Shown here: positions 13,566-27,075 of the stretch, in pieces
Position numbering within the stretch: the stretch's first letter is position 1
Layout of the letters: each line of letters opens with the position of its first letter
Source of the DNA: Lama guanicoe
Taxonomy: Eukaryota
Direction: 5' to 3'
DNA: 64,000 nucleotides
Assembly (NCBI GenBank): GCA_013239625.1
Contig: MU054391.1
Location: 5,663,824 to 5,727,823, forward strand
Position numbers and translations under genes: made by a program
The notes under the pieces: model-generated
The model's database searches: none
Told to the model about the DNA's origin: nothing
What the model saw: the letters and a program-made list of their open reading frames with translations, nothing else

Positions 13566-16479
13566 CTCTGGTTCCTGAGTGCCACCCATCCACGTCTCTT
13601 GGCACTGAGTTCTGGGCAGCTAGTTCCAGGAAAGATTTGGTTGGTTGACTGTCAACACCCATGTGTTAGGGTCCGTGAGCTCCCCACGACTGCTCCCTGT
13701 TTTGACTGATGCCTGCTCCCCACAGAGACACAGTCACAGACTGTCTGCCGAGGGTGGGAAGATCATTGGGACATACAATCAGCAGTTGACATCCAGAGCT
13801 AGGTTGCCAAGGGCCCCTCAGCCTCCCCACCCGACTTGGCTTAGCTCTGGGGCAAGCTCAGCTGCCCAGCAGTCAAGGCCAGGACAGTAGGAGGGGCCGG
13901 AACTGGAAGCCCAGAGACTTGGGACGCATCCCGACCCACTGCTGAGCACCTGCGGGGCCCTGAGCAAGTGGAGGGCTCCTCTGAATGCAGGCTCCCCGAG
14001 CCAGCTCCTCTGGGCTCCAGGAGCAGATGGGGCTCAGAGAGAGGGGCCAGAAACCTCCTCTGGGGATGGCCAGGTTCCTTGGAGCAGGAGAGGGAGAGTG
14101 ATTTCCAGAGAGAGTCTGGTGACGTTTCAAGGGGAAATTCTCGAGTTTGCACAGAATCAGACTGGGAATGAGGGCCTGCCCTGCTGCCAGGGAGGATGAT
14201 GGCTGTGGAGCGGGAAGGAGAGACGAGAGCCCTGCTTCTCCACTGCTGTCGTCCAGGCCAGGGCCCGGCTCCGCACCTAGCCTCCCATGTTCAGGAGAGG
14301 GGGTCATGTGTGACCTGTGCTGGCTTCATCGCAGGCATGGGTATGCCAAACAAATTCAACCAACCCTGCCATGCGGAGGGGAATGTGCATTCAGTTATTC
14401 CTAGTCTTCATGCCACCCCCTGCGATATGCAAAATCTACACTGATTCCTTCTGAGATGTCCACTGGCCCAGCTGCGCAGCCCAGCCCAAGGCCCCGCTGC
14501 CTCTGAGCCTGCAGCCTGGGACCCCGGGTCCTGAGCCCAGCCTCCCTGGGTGCCCCCTCCAGAGGGCTGGTTCAGGACCCAACAGTCCTATGACCCCGCT
14601 GGCTCTCCATCCCTCCCCAGCCTCTGAAGCCCCCCTACCTCCTCCAGCTGACTTAGCACACAGGGTCCCCAAGAAACAAAGGACAGGGAGGAGAGGACTT
14701 TGGGGCCTGTCACAAAGCTCTTCAAAGCTTGGGACCTAGGAAGCTGGCTCTTCTGCTGGAGGTGGGGGCAGGGCAATAACGCAGGAAGAAAAAACTTCAT
14801 TTCCACCTCTAGAAGCCTCTTTCTATGATGCCACTCCAAAGGCCACAGGATTTGGAGACCAACAATCTTCCCTCCTCCACTTTCGAGCTTTTTTCTGAAA
14901 GCTTCGAATGTAACTTCACCTCACATAACACATCAAATACCGCAACTGCAGAGCGAGATGCTTTTCCCCGGCACTCATTTATGTATTCATCAAACAGTTA
15001 TTGGTGCCTGTCGGATGCCAGGCTTGGAGAAAACAGAAAACGAGACAGCTCCCTGCCCTCAAGGAGCTCCTGGTCTAGAAAGGAGACAGGTAAGTTACGG
15101 GGAGCTCAGTGCGTGGAGGAGCAGTGAGCACATGTGTGTGTGCACGCACGTGCACGGAGAGAATGTACATGCGTGTTGGCGTTGCAGTGTTCTCAGCCCT
15201 GCCCCTCACCGCCTGGTCTCTGAACAGATAGCCTCTGGGGCCGGACCTGCCAGGGGACAGGCTGCCCTTGTCCCTCTTTAGCTGCAGGGAGAGTGTGGTG
15301 GGGGTGGGGGGGGAAATGTGGAGAGCGAGGGCATGAGAAGGGTGTTGGTGGGGGGGACAGCTGCCAGGTCCTTCCCCCAGCGGCTTTCTGCTCTTGCGGT
15401 GGGGTGCGGAGGGGCGAGGAGGGAGGAGATGGGGAGACAACTGACTGCTCCTGAGCATGTGCCTGGTCCAGAATAAGTGGCTTGTTGTCCTGTTGGTGGG
15501 TGGTGGTCAGCATGTAAACTTTGTCCTCCCTCATGCTTTTTTCTACGCCCAATTCAGAGGCTAGAAGGACCCAGAGGGTGGAGGAGGGAGGGGAGAGAAG
15601 ATGTGCAGTGGAAGGCACAGCTCCGGGAGAAGGCTGATCTGTCTGGGAGACTTAGTGTCGCATCCCAGGGGGTTGAGCTCACCCAGTGAAGGAGGCTCGT
15701 CACCTCCAGGATGAGCCCCTCTGCTCTCCCTTTCCTGGGCTAGTGAATCCCAGATCCTTTATCCTTTCTCCCCACGCTCTGTCTCTGCAGCCTCTAAATC
15801 ATTTTAACATCTTTTTCTGCTCCCTCTAGTGGGTTTACCTCGTCCATCTGAGAACTCAAACCTTGAAGAGTCAGCTGTGGCAAACAGCAGCTGGAGTGGA
15901 GAGGATTTGAACAACTTTTTAAAGTATCTGAGCAACACGTACTGTAGCATTTCTGATTGGGAAAGAGTGCCTTCTGATCCTCCTTCTCCCCCACCTCCAG
16001 CCGTGCGGTCGTCCCCATCGTGACATCATTCGCTCAGTTACTCAAAGGTTGCTCACTGAACCAGGACTCTGTGACTGCGGGGATGAATGAACCTGTTGGG
16101 AATTGCAGGGTAGTGGGTGGAGAGCAGGAGCAAGGACACCAGGTGGGAGGCAGAATCCAGGTGAGAGCTGAGGGTGGGGTGGAGGTGGCAGAAGGGACTG
16201 AATTCTAGGTACACATCGAAGGTGCAGCCAACAGGGTTTGCCCATGAGTGTGAGGGAGATGAGGCAGGGACGTGCTAGGTGCGTTGCAGACATTCCTTTA
16301 CGACCCTGTCAATCCCAGTTTGATGAATGAGACGCAGACTCACAGCTGTGAGATGGCTTGTCATGGCCACATGGCAGGGCTTGTCAGCTGACCTCTGCTG
16401 ATTCTAAAGCCAAGTGCGCTCCACCAGCCCCCTTGTCTAGGCTGTGGAAATTAATTATGAAATTAAAGCCCTGGTCCAC

Positions 16480-16765
16480 AAGACACACACACAACACACC
16501 ACACACTATACACCACAACGTACCACAATACCACATGCACATCACAGTACACACAACCATATACTACACACCACAAAACTACACACAATCCGCACACACT
16601 CACACAAACACACCACAAACACACTACACACACCACACACCGCAACACATCCTAATACCATACACACACCACGATACACTCACACACAGACCACACATAT
16701 ACATCCTACACCCAGACGGCACACACTGTACACACATTTCACACCTCCCACACCACACACGCACG
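16480..16765. repeat. CA-rich degenerate simple repeat
   Basis: Interrupted CACAC/CCACA runs; explains the His/Thr-rich ORFs here. Confidence 0.9.
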
Positions 16766-19700
16766 CCCCATTTGTCCACAGAGTGTGATTATCCTGCACG
16801 TGAACTCAGCGCAAGACCTCACAGAGCCTCTAACCATGGCTTTGGACCCAGATGAACCCAGTTCGAAACTTGACTCTGCCACGCTCTCCTTGTATGACCC
16901 TGGGCGAGAGGTCAAGTCCTGCCGCATCTCAGTTCCCTCTGGTGTAAAAGGAGGTGATGATCACCACTTCAGGGCTGTGGGAAGGATGAGCAGGATTCTC
17001 AGCAGCCGGATGTGTTCTTGGGGTAGGTGCCGTGTGACAGCTTGCCTCAGTTTCCCCTCAGGGGCCTCTCTGGAAAGTGCTCAGAGTACCAGGGCAGAAG
17101 GCGTGCGAGGCTACAAGTCTGTCCTCGAGCTCCCGGGAGCTTTGTCTCCCTAAGAGACAAAGGCTTGTTCCCGCCTCAGAGGTCGCTCGGGCCACCGCCC
17201 TGTCACCACAGCGCCGAGCTGAACCAGGGGCACTGTCAGACCCTGAGCCTCTGCCTTCCTGCCGTGAGAGCCCTGCAGAGGGGCAAAGGGGGGCTGGAGC
17301 GGGCCCTGTCGTTTGGATTTTGCTGTGATTTATCATCCCCTGAAGATGACACATTCTGCTTACAAAGGAGAGTAATTGGAGATGCACGTGTTCGGAGAGC
17401 AAATCGCTCCACTTAACAGCATTCCATCTGAAAACCAGTCGCGGACAACAGTGGGAACATCCGCGCTCCCTGTGGCCGAGTGGCCCCTGCTCTTAGCAAA
17501 CCAACTGGTCTCGGTTCTCTGGGTGTGTGTTTGGTTTTATCTCGGATGACACCTCAAGGTGGGGGTGGGGTTCCCTGAATCCAGCAGGGCTGCTCCAGAA
17601 CAAACCACTTCCATTTACATAACCATTCAATGGAAAGTCTCAGAGGGTGGCTGGTGAACACACACGTTCACACACAAACAATGGAGATGCAGAATGCGCT
17701 GTTCTCGAATGCCTGACTCCGTGCTTTGTTACACGCGGGGTGTGCCCTAGGGTAGAAAGAGCCGTGGACTTGATAGAAAAATACCTGGTTTTGAATTTCG
17801 TCTCCGCCGCGACATTTAATGTCTTTGACAAAGGAGTAAATTCTCTGAGCCCCAGTTTTTGTGTTTGTCAAGTGGGGATGGGAGGGTCATTGTAAATGTT
17901 AAACTGGACGAGGTCACATATGTGAGGACCCAGCTCCCCAGACTAGCAGTAACATGTCTGTCCTTCCTTGAGAAATTAATCTTCTGGTTTGGGAGTTTAT
18001 TTTGGAAAATGTTGGTCTAAATGTGTCCTTGACACATTCACTCATGTACACATTCAGTAAATATTTACCATCACTCACTCTGACAGCGGCCATGGCCTGG
18101 TATTGAGGAGACAGGAGAGGCACCGTCTTGCCTTTGAGGGGCTCCAGGTCTGGGGGGAGGGTAAGGTGAGTGAGCATCTCCTGCCCAGCCCCCTGGGTAC
18201 AGCCCGTGCTGCCCCTCAGTGCAACATCTGACCTTGCTTCACACTCAAGTGGCTCCTGGGGTAAGGTCCTTGCTGACCTCAGGCCCTCGGTGCTCTGGTC
18301 CCATTGGCCCCTCCAGATCCATATCCTCCCTCCCGCTGCCTCTTTACCCCACACCCTCAGGCAGGACTGCGCCTCCAAAACACATCCCTGCGTCCTTGAA
18401 TCCTATTCCCTTTGTCTGACTGCCTGCTAGCCTTCTGACCTCCCAGCTCAGGCCCCTTGTCCCCAAGCGTCCCTGTCCCTTAGACCCATCACAAGGCACT
18501 GATGTCCTGTTTGTTACTGACACTTGTCTTGCCTGGCGGGGGGGCCTCTCATATTTTGCTCACTCTGATTTCCCAGGGGAAAGTCCAGCGACTGGTGCAG
18601 GGGCTCAATAAATTCAGCTGAGTTGAAGATTTGTTTTAAGAAACAGATTTCTTATTTTAAATGCTCCTTGTTAGTCAGCAGTTTTGGAAAGAGAACTGGT
18701 CCCGCAGAAACACATGACCCTCGCACCCGGCCTGAGGTGGGAGGTGGTACTGGGGAGGCCAGGACACTGCTCAGGAGCCACAGAGCCACAGCCACATGGC
18801 CGGGAGCCTGGCTGCCCAGAGCTCCTGCCTGAGGAACCAGAGTCACCCCTCCCGGCTTCCCCCGCCCGCCTCCTCCCACCCGGGTCCTCTATTTCCGGCT
18901 CTGTTTTCTGTATCCTGCTGCGGGGGCCCTTTTCGGCAAGTCATCTTGATCTTTTCGGAAAGACAGGAGGATTTGTTTTCGAATGTGCTTACTAATGCTC
19001 CCAGAGGCCCTCGGGCAGCGTCTGCAGGAACGTCCGGTGTTGTCTGAAATTTTCTCGTGCACAACTCCTCTCCTGTCTGTTTGCTGCCTGGAAGCCTTTA
19101 CTCAACAACAACGGCGCCAATAACAATAATACAGGCGGTCAGCCACTGAGAGCCTCCTGCGGGGCTGAAGTCACTGTCACTGTGTCTGTTACGCCTACAC
19201 AGCCGAGCCCAATATCCCGACCAATTTAGATCTGAACCTAGGCTTAGTTGACAAAGCTCTGGATTTTAAAGGGCCTCAAAAGCCACATCACTGTGGGGGG
19301 CAGCCCAGTATGGAGGGAGGCCACGGACAGGAGGCAAGAGAGCACACTGGTCAAGCGGTGTCCGCCCGTGGGAAGCCGTCAGTGCGCGCTGGCTGTCATT
19401 ACTACGAACTATTACCCTGGTTGTGACTGAAGTCATTTAAGCAGGGGCTTTACGAGCAGGAACGCAGAGCGTTGTCTGCGTGATGTGAGAGCCAGGCGAG
19501 AGCCTGAATGAGGGCGGGGAAGCACTTTACATCAGTTAGGAGCAGTAAGTTGACAAGATAGAAGGAAAAAATTCAACCCCAAATCGGCAGAGGTGCTTTT
19601 CTAACTGCTCACGCGGTGAGCTCGTCTGCCCATGACCTTGAAGGCCCAGAAAAACGAAATCAGCTGCCATGGCTGGGTGGTCTGGGTGGGCATGGCCACC

Positions 19701-21239
19701 CCTGCGCCCTGTGCGCTGTGGGAGTCGGAGGGTTCCTCGGGGAGGCCGGTCCCACGGCAGGATTCCGGGATTCTGGGAGTCAGCCTTTCCCCTCCTTGTC
19801 CTGGGCACACCTAGAGTTAGGGGCTCAGCACCTCTGATCTGTCAGCCCTGTTGGGATGATCAGGAGGACAGAATGAAACCAGTTCCCCAAGCCTGACACT
19901 CAGGGCTCTTCACAACCAGGGGCACCCTCGTTTCTCGTGCAGCCCGATGGACCTCTAACCATCATCCCAAACCCTGGCCTTGTAACTGTGATGTTCCTGC
20001 TAGCTTTCCCCCTGCCTCCCTCTGGCTGCAGGGCCCAGGTCCGCTGTCACCCCCGGGAATCTGAGCCTCTCCGCTTCCTCCCTCCCCGGTGCTCCCCTTG
20101 CTCTCCTGGGATTCTGCTCACAGGCGTCCTTCACTAGAGAGAGGGTTTTGGAAGAACAGGGATCTCGCTGATTTCCCACAAAATGCTTGGCTCAGGGAAG
20201 GGTTCAATGACTTTTTGATAAATGAACAAAGACTCAAGCCATTTGTCAAGAAGCCTCGAACAATTGAAGAAGTGGACAGTTTACCCACACACTCATGCAG
20301 AAAATGATAGGAAATCATCCAGGGACACGTGTGACAGAGGAGAGAACTGTCCCTGTGATGGGCGACTTCTGGGAAACTGACTTGGCCACGACCGCTCGAG
20401 AGCAATTCCCTGCCCTGCTGACAGTACTGCCGGGACACAGTTTCCTCCAGCCCCTACTCCACGTGGGTCTCTGACTCTAGCTCACACTGCAGTGATCACA
20501 CAGACGGAGACATGGAAGCCCCAGAGCGAAAGAACCAGATCGTCCGGGTTCCAAAGGCAGAGTTTCTGGCTTCCTGTCCTGGACGTGGGCCATGAGCCAC
20601 CGTGGGCTGGTGGAGAGTATTCTGGACTTGGAGTCAGAACATGTGTGTTTGAGTGTGGTTTCCAGCCCTTCTGATCTCCTATCGACACTTCTCTTCCCTG
20701 AGCCTCAGTTACTCATGTGTGAAATGGGCAGAAGTGGTTTCCTTCCGGGTCACACCTCACAGGGACGCTGCATCAAGGAAGAATATATGTGAAAAGCTGT
20801 CATCAGTTGTAAAGACTTCCTTTAAACACAGGTTTTATTTTATGCTTTTATCTAAGGGCTGCAAATTAGATGAAAGACCAGGAATCCTAAAGTGTGTGAT
20901 CAGTAAAGTTATGTAAAAAGAAAAACGCTTACTGCAACAGCAAACACACTGTGTGATTAAATCTACTGACTAGTGTGTAGTGGCCGAGTGACGTTTCCTT
21001 TATCTTGTATTTGCTTTTTAAAAGCGATTTAATCTGACCTGGTGACCTTAGGACACACACACACACCCCCCTACACACACCACACCACAAACACACACAC
21101 ACTCAGCTTGGCCAGAACTTCCACAAACACAGTTGATAAAAATTTTAGTTTCAGGCATAGCTTCTTGGACAGGAGACATTATTATTTTTACCTACTACTA
21201 AAAACAGGAGTGGGAAAATGTTTCATAACTGTGGAGTCT

Positions 21240-21850
21240 GTAAACTTAATATACAAGAACACTTAAAATAAAATAAATCAGGAAAATATTCCAATAGAAA
21301 AACAGACAAGAGGTCCAGTGTGAAAAATATAAGTGCCCAATAAGCACTCAAATACAACCTTAATCACATTAGAGATAAAAGAAATTTAAGTTAAAATAAT
21401 GAGAAAATACGGTATTTTGCCTAAAAAAACAACAAAAGGAAGAAATATGGCAATGTACATTAAGTCACAAAAGGACATTTCGCCACAGAACATTTTACTT
21501 CTAAGAGAATATGCTAAATAGTTAAGAATCTACTCAAAGATTTAGTTACCAGAATGTTCACCCATAATAGCACTGACTATTATAGTGAGTGAGTGGTTAT
21601 GACTGACACAACTAATGGTAAAGAATTGCTTTTCTTTTGATGGGTTACTTAAGCACCAGCCAAAGTGGTATTACAGCGCACACACGCACACATGCACACA
21701 AACACACACAGACACACTCCTAGCGGGGTACACACAAGCATGTTACATGGTTAATCTCTAGATGGTGAGATTATTGGTGACTTTTGTATTTTTTCTTATC
21801 TTTACTTTTGTAGTTTATCTGCAGTGAGTGTGTAGAATGTCTAGAATAAG
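21240..21850 (+). mobile_element. Old L1M 3' fragments
   Basis: A-rich; ccaatagaaaaacagacaag, taatcacattagaga, and terminal atctctagatggtgagattattggtgacttt resemble L1ME. Confidence 0.55.
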
Positions 21851-23202
21851 GAATGTTGTCATCTTAAGTCCCCACTTGAAGCATGGAGATGGAGAGGTCA
21901 GGTGACCGCCGAAGCAGCACAGCTGGCCACCGTCACAGGGGAGCTGGAGTAGGACTCAGGTTCACCTGCTTCCAAAGCCAGGGTCCTTTGAGCTCATCAT
22001 GTGCCGCGTGCATTTGGGGAAAGTGCAGTCTCTCCGGCTCCCTCGCAAAGGAAGCTTCCAGATGCTTCCCTGGCAGGTGTGGAGGGATTGTGGCGCTCTG
22101 TTTAATCCAGGCTCCTTAGAACCCATCCGACGTGGTCCTGCCGCCAGGAGCCCTGCAGCATGCCGGAGGCCCGAAGCAGCTCCCCGCCACACACAATTCA
22201 GAGCTACCCCTAGGGGCCTCCGGGAGCCAGTTCTGCGCATGTAAATTGGCGGGTCCCTGGGTCCTCAGGGAGGCTGAGCTCTGGGTGGGGACCCTGGTCT
22301 GCCCTGCCTGTGGCCATCATGAGCAGGACATGTTGGGCAAGTCCATTTGCCTCCTCGAGTCTCTGTTTCTCCAACTTCAAAATGTGAACAGCGTTTTCTA
22401 CCCCGTGGAGGCCTGGGATGCTGCAGTAAGGGACTCAGGTTTATACCGATGGAGGAAAACGCCACAGGTGATTCCGACAAGCAGAATTTCAAGGCGCTCA
22501 TTCCCACACTGGGGCTCACCAGGCCTCGGCCGCACCGCGCAAGGCCCAACTTGAGGGATTTCCACCCTAGAGAGCGTGTTCCCAGCTTGGGTTGTGGGGA
22601 AGGGGGCCTAGGGGGGAAACTTGGTTCCTGACTCATCTCTGCCCCTGGGTCAGTGCTGGGACAACCTTGGGGTCAGGGGCCACTTCAGCCTCCCACACAC
22701 AAGGGGTTCCTCAGCTAAGGAGTCCAACAGTGGTCGGGGAGATGGAGGCCCCCACCTGCGTGGTTGGCAGATGCCTTGTTGAGCCCTGCAGATTTGGAAG
22801 AGGGAGAGTGTTCTCTGGGGAAAAATTTCCAGATGTTTTTGGAGAATTGGAGCTATTTCTGAAAGACAAGAGACTTCCTCTCTGTGGGCCCCCAGATGTT
22901 TTCTGTCTTATACCGTCATCCTTCAGAGACCTAGAGAAGTTTATTATTTTTAACCAGTGAGATGTGGAAGATGGGTTTACTCTCCCATTTTATAAATACG
23001 ACACACTGAAGCTTGGAGAGATGAATCGCCCTCCCCTTGTCATAGCTTGTTCGTGGTGGACCCAGGAGTTCTAGTTCTGCCTTCTAAACCAGTGACTTTT
23101 CACAGCCTGCCCACACTCATGATGATATTTTTTAAGCTTTCAGCCTGGGGGGAAACAATAGCTTTTCCACTTACTGGCTGTGTAATCTTCAGCGTGTTAT
23201 TA

Positions 23203-23681
23203 ATAGGGTGGCCAGCTAAAATCCAGGATGTCCAGTTAAACTGGAATTTCAGATAAACAATGAAAAGTTTTCTAGTATAAGTGTGTTCCATGAAATATTT
23301 GCTAACTCTGGTGCTACAGATTATATTCATGTCTCCACAAAAATTCATATGTTGAAATGCTAACCCTCCAGGTGACAGTATTAGGAGGTGTGGCATTTGG
23401 GGTAAGTAGATTATGAGGGTGAGGCCCCATGAATGGGATTAGTGCCCTCATTAAAGAGACTCCAGAGAGTTCCCTTGCCCTTCTGCCAAGTGAAGGCATG
23501 ACAAAAAGGAACTATCATGAACCAAGAAGTGAGTCCTCATCAGACATCAAATCTGCTGCCAGCTTGATCTTGGACTTCCAGCTTCCAGAACTATGAGAAA
23601 TAAATTTCTGTTGTCTATAATACCCAGTCTCTGATATTTGATTATAGTAGCTGGAACAAACTGAGACACTGGGCAACTCTA
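23203..23681. mobile_element. MER53-like hAT MITE interrupted by an MLT1A LTR
   Basis: Termini TAGGGTGGCCAG and CTGGGCAACTCTA; internal ccagttaaactggaatttcagataaacaa. Confidence 0.75.
23312..23668 (+). mobile_element. MLT1A-like MaLR solo LTR
   Basis: TG...CA ends; aaaattcatatgttgaaa, cttgatcttggacttccag, agaaataaatttctgttg; CTGG on both flanks. Confidence 0.9.
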
Positions 23682-23783
23682 ATGATTCCTCTCATTTTAA
23701 AAGGTAAAAAGTAAAAAGGAGCTGTGAAGAGTAACTGTGATAACGCATTAAAGAATCAGTGAATGTTAAAAAGGAAAATAGCA

Positions 23784-23875
23784 GGGAGGGCTCGGTGGTA
23801 GAGTGCATGCTTAGCATGCCCTAAGTCCTGGGTTCGATACCCAGTACCTCCATTAAAATTAAAAAAAAAAAGAAA
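23784..23875 (+). mobile_element. tRNA-derived SINE (Vic-1-like)
   Basis: GCTCGGTGGTAGAGTGCATGCTTAGCATG..CCTGGGTTCGATACCCAGTACCTCC plus A tail. Confidence 0.88.
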
Positions 23876-23965
23876 GAATGAATGAAAGAAAACATATCAC
23901 CTGTGGAAGGCCATATACACTCTCTCCGGTCCTTACCTCCCCCAACCTTCAAAACGTTTATACCC

Positions 23966-24331
23966 AGGAGTCAGTAAACTTTTCCTATAAAGGGCCAGAT
24001 AGTAAGCACTTCAGGTTTTGTGGACCCAAGGTCTCTGTTGCAACTGCTCTTCCATGTAGCCTAAAAACAGCTAGAGACAATATGTAATAAATGGTTATGG
24101 CTGAGTTTCAATAAAACTTTATTTATAAAAACAGGCAGCAGGGAGTGGGGAAGATAAAGCTCAGTGTTAGTATGTCTGCTTAGCATGCACAAGATCTGGG
24201 GTTCAATCCCCAGTACCTCCATTAAAAAATAAATAAATATACCTAATTTCCTCCCTTCCGAAAAGAAAAAATTTAAAAACATAAACAAAAAACCCAGCAG
24301 GAGTAGATTTGGGGAGTTGCCTGCCTCCTGC
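23966..24331. mobile_element. MER58A-like hAT element interrupted by a SINE
   Basis: caggagtcagtaaact..taaagggccagatagtaa...caataaaactttatttataaaaacaggc. Confidence 0.8.
24140..24292 (+). mobile_element. tRNA-derived SINE (Vic-1-like)
   Basis: AAGCTCAGTG..GCTTAGCATGCACAAG..GGGGTTCAATCCCCAGTACCTCC..acctaatt. Confidence 0.88.
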
Positions 24332-24609
24332 CCTCCTGGTGTTACCTGTCTGCCTGTCAAGTGATTTGATCCTAGGTGTGTATTTTCTCATCAGTCACTA
24401 ATTGCTAAGCACAGGTATTTTGTTTCTTTTGTCAGAAAACCACACACAGAGCTGTGGAGGCCATAGGCTTGGGGCCAAGCTCCCCTGGACAGCTTGCAGC
24501 ACCCTTGCCCTCCACCCCAAAGTCCATAGACAAGGTCCTTGTTACCCAAAAGCTGCCCTTTCTACTGCTACAGACCTGAGACTGCAGTTACTCGGAGCTC
24601 TGTCAAGCC

Positions 24610-24623
24610 GTTGCTATGGCAAC
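24610..24623. promoter_or_regulatory. RFX X-box motif
   Basis: GTTGCTATGGCAAC, a near-perfect palindrome matching GTTRCYATRGYAAC in unique sequence, 54 nt before ATG 24678; two CCAAT motifs at about 24701 and 24710. Confidence 0.6.
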
Positions 24624-24879
24624 CCCTGCTGAGGCTGCCGCCTCCAGCTCAGCGCTGAGGGATGTGCACCCGTGAAAATGAAGTCCCTGGAAAAAGCCAA
24701 CCAATCTCACCAATCTTTAGAGCAGTCATCAGGCCCAGGGAACCATGGAAGGAGCGGAAAGAAATAATACAAAGCCAATAATAATTATGCTAAAAGCAAT
24801 ATTGAAATGATCTGTTGTGTCCGTATAGGACTCCACTGCCATGATCTCAATTTAGCTCTCCATCCTTACCATCCCCTCT

Positions 24880-25550
24880 AGTCATTTATTCATTTAGCAC
24901 CTACCCTGTATCAGGAACTGTTTGTTCTAAGCCCTGGAGCTTTATTGATGAAGCAGACTCTGCCCTCAGGACCTTGGAATTAGATAAACAACAAGGTCCT
25001 CCTGTATAGCACAGGGAACTATATTCAATACCTTGCAATGAAAAAGAATATGAAAAGGAATACATGTTTATATGTAGAATTGAATCACTATGCTGAACAC
25101 CAGAAATTAACACAACATTGTAAACCAACTATACTTCATTTTTTTTTTAAAAAAGGACCTTATAGTTTAGTGGTTTAGTGTAGGGTTGTGGGAAGCCAAA
25201 GAAATAAAATAATTACCAATCATGACAAGCGCAGGGAAGGGAGAACACAGGATGCAGAGTAAGAGATTAATGTGTCTGTGGGGTAAATATACCTAGACAG
25301 TAGGTGAGGGTGGGTCACTCAAAGGAAGTGACATTTCAGCTAAAGAGCTGAATGATTAGAATGAGTCATTTATGAAAGAGTAGGGTAAAGAGCACCTTAG
25401 GTAGTATGACCAGCATGTGAAAAGGCCCTGAGGCAAGAAAGACTTGTGTGTTCAAGGAAGGAAAAGGAGACTGGTCCAGCTGGTGTGTAATGAATGAGAG
25501 GTAGTGTGGTAGTAGATGAATCTGGGGGGAAATCACAAAGCATGTTTTGG
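24880..25550 (-). mobile_element. L2 fragment hosting an L1 insertion
   Basis: tcatttattcatttagcacctac..., ggaagtgacatttcagctaa, gcatgtgaaaaggccctgaggcaagaaa are typical L2 antisense motifs. Confidence 0.7.
24976..25153 (+). mobile_element. 5'-truncated L1 3' end with 8-bp TSD
   Basis: TSD AGGACCTT at 24968-24975 and 25154-25161; tagataaacaacaaggtcct..gtatagcacagggaactatattc. Confidence 0.9.
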
Positions 25551-25572
25551 TCTCGGGAAGTATTTCAGTCAA

Positions 25573-25944
25573 TGCTATGGACCGAATGTTTATGCCCCTA
25601 CCCTCAAATTCATATGTTGAACCCTTAACGCCCAAGAGATAATATTTGGAGGTGGGGCCTTTGGGAGGTAATAAGGTTTAGGTGAGGTCATGCGGGTGGG
25701 GCCCCATGATGGGGTTACTGCTCAGAAAGGAAGAGAGACTAGAGCTCACGGGCTCTCCACCACGTGAGGAGGCACTGAGAAGGCGATATCTATAAGCCGG
25801 GAAGAGGGCTCTCACCAGATCCCAACTGCGCTGGCACCCTGAGCTCAGACTTTCCAGGCTCCAGAATTATGAGAAATCATTTTCTGTTCTTTAAGCCACT
25901 CAGTCTGTGGCATTTTGTCACAGCAGCTTGAGATGATTTAGACA
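25573..25944 (+). mobile_element. MLT1A-like MaLR solo LTR
   Basis: TGCTATGGACCGAATG...TTAGACA; 5-bp flanks GTCAA/GTCAG. Confidence 0.9.
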
Positions 25945-26699
25945 GTCAGTGTTCAGTCCAGTGTCCAGGGAAACAGAAACCATTCTAGGTACTTCAGAGG
26001 GAGTTTAACACAGGGAATTGGTTATAAAATGTCCAGAGGGGTTAAAAGAATGAAAAAGAAATGGCGTGGGAGCTGGAGAGGCAAGAGAAAGAAAAAGATT
26101 ACCACCCTGTGGCTAGTAAGGTACTGGTACCCCTGGAATGCGGCCCAAGAACCCACACCTCCATCCTCATCATGCAAATGAGCAAATCAAGGCAGAACTT
26201 TACAGTAAAATTGAAGATGCAGTTTTTATTATTTGTAGCAAAAAAAGCTTAAAAAATAAGTAAATAACTGTATACCCAAAACAAACATATTGTAAATCAA
26301 CTCTACTTCAATTAAAATTCAACTAAACAAGTGGCATAATGAATAAATGCCAAAATAAATCAACAAAGAGGGCCTCCAAGTCATTAAGAAAAAGACTAAC
26401 AAACAATAGGAAGTGAGGAAAGGGCTATGAGCAGCCAGGTCCACAGGTCACTGTGTGTTTATCCTCCAGCTATATCTGCACCTGGGGAGGTGATGCCTGT
26501 GGGAGGGTACTCACCACAGCCCTGTTTGGTAGGAAATGATGGGAAATGACTTCAGGGTCCATTGGTCTTGGAGGCTGGTTGAATAATTAGAGAATAAGAT
26601 GGGGCGGGAAAAACAATGAGGAAGCTCTAAATGTACTGAAAAGGAAATTTCTCCAAAAAAAAATTTAAGGGAGAAATAATGATAGTTCTGTACTATGAT

Positions 26700-27075
26700 A
26701 GTTCTGGTCCCAGAAGAAACCAATTCCAAGATGGGATTAGACGTGCAAAATATTTATTGGGGGAGGGAGCAGGAGAAGCTGAGGGTGAGGGCAGCCTTCA
26801 GACTGGGGTGCAGGTCTCATACCTGCGGGAAGAGAGCAGGAAGGAAGGAGGGTGAGAGGTTAGGAAGTATCTTGGATGGCAGTGCAGGGCAAGAAAGTTT
26901 CCACCAGGCTGATGGGGAGTCCCCAAACCTGTCTCTAGGAAGCAGCAGTTCTGCCTGGGTGACCCTGCTGGCAGTCACGGGCTGGGAATACCTTGCAGGA
27001 AGCAAAGTGGTGGCTGGGCTGTCAGCCTACTCTGCTCCCTGCAGCTGGAGACTGGTTGGCATGTTTTCATGGCCA
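26700..27075 (-). mobile_element. Old ERVL-type LTR relic (LTR33/LTR16-like)
   Basis: caagatgggattagacgtgcaaaatatttattgggg resembles the antisense 3' end of these LTRs. Confidence 0.5.

Noticed and set aside
16358..16855. His/Thr-rich protein
   Set aside because: Translation of CA-rich low-complexity DNA.
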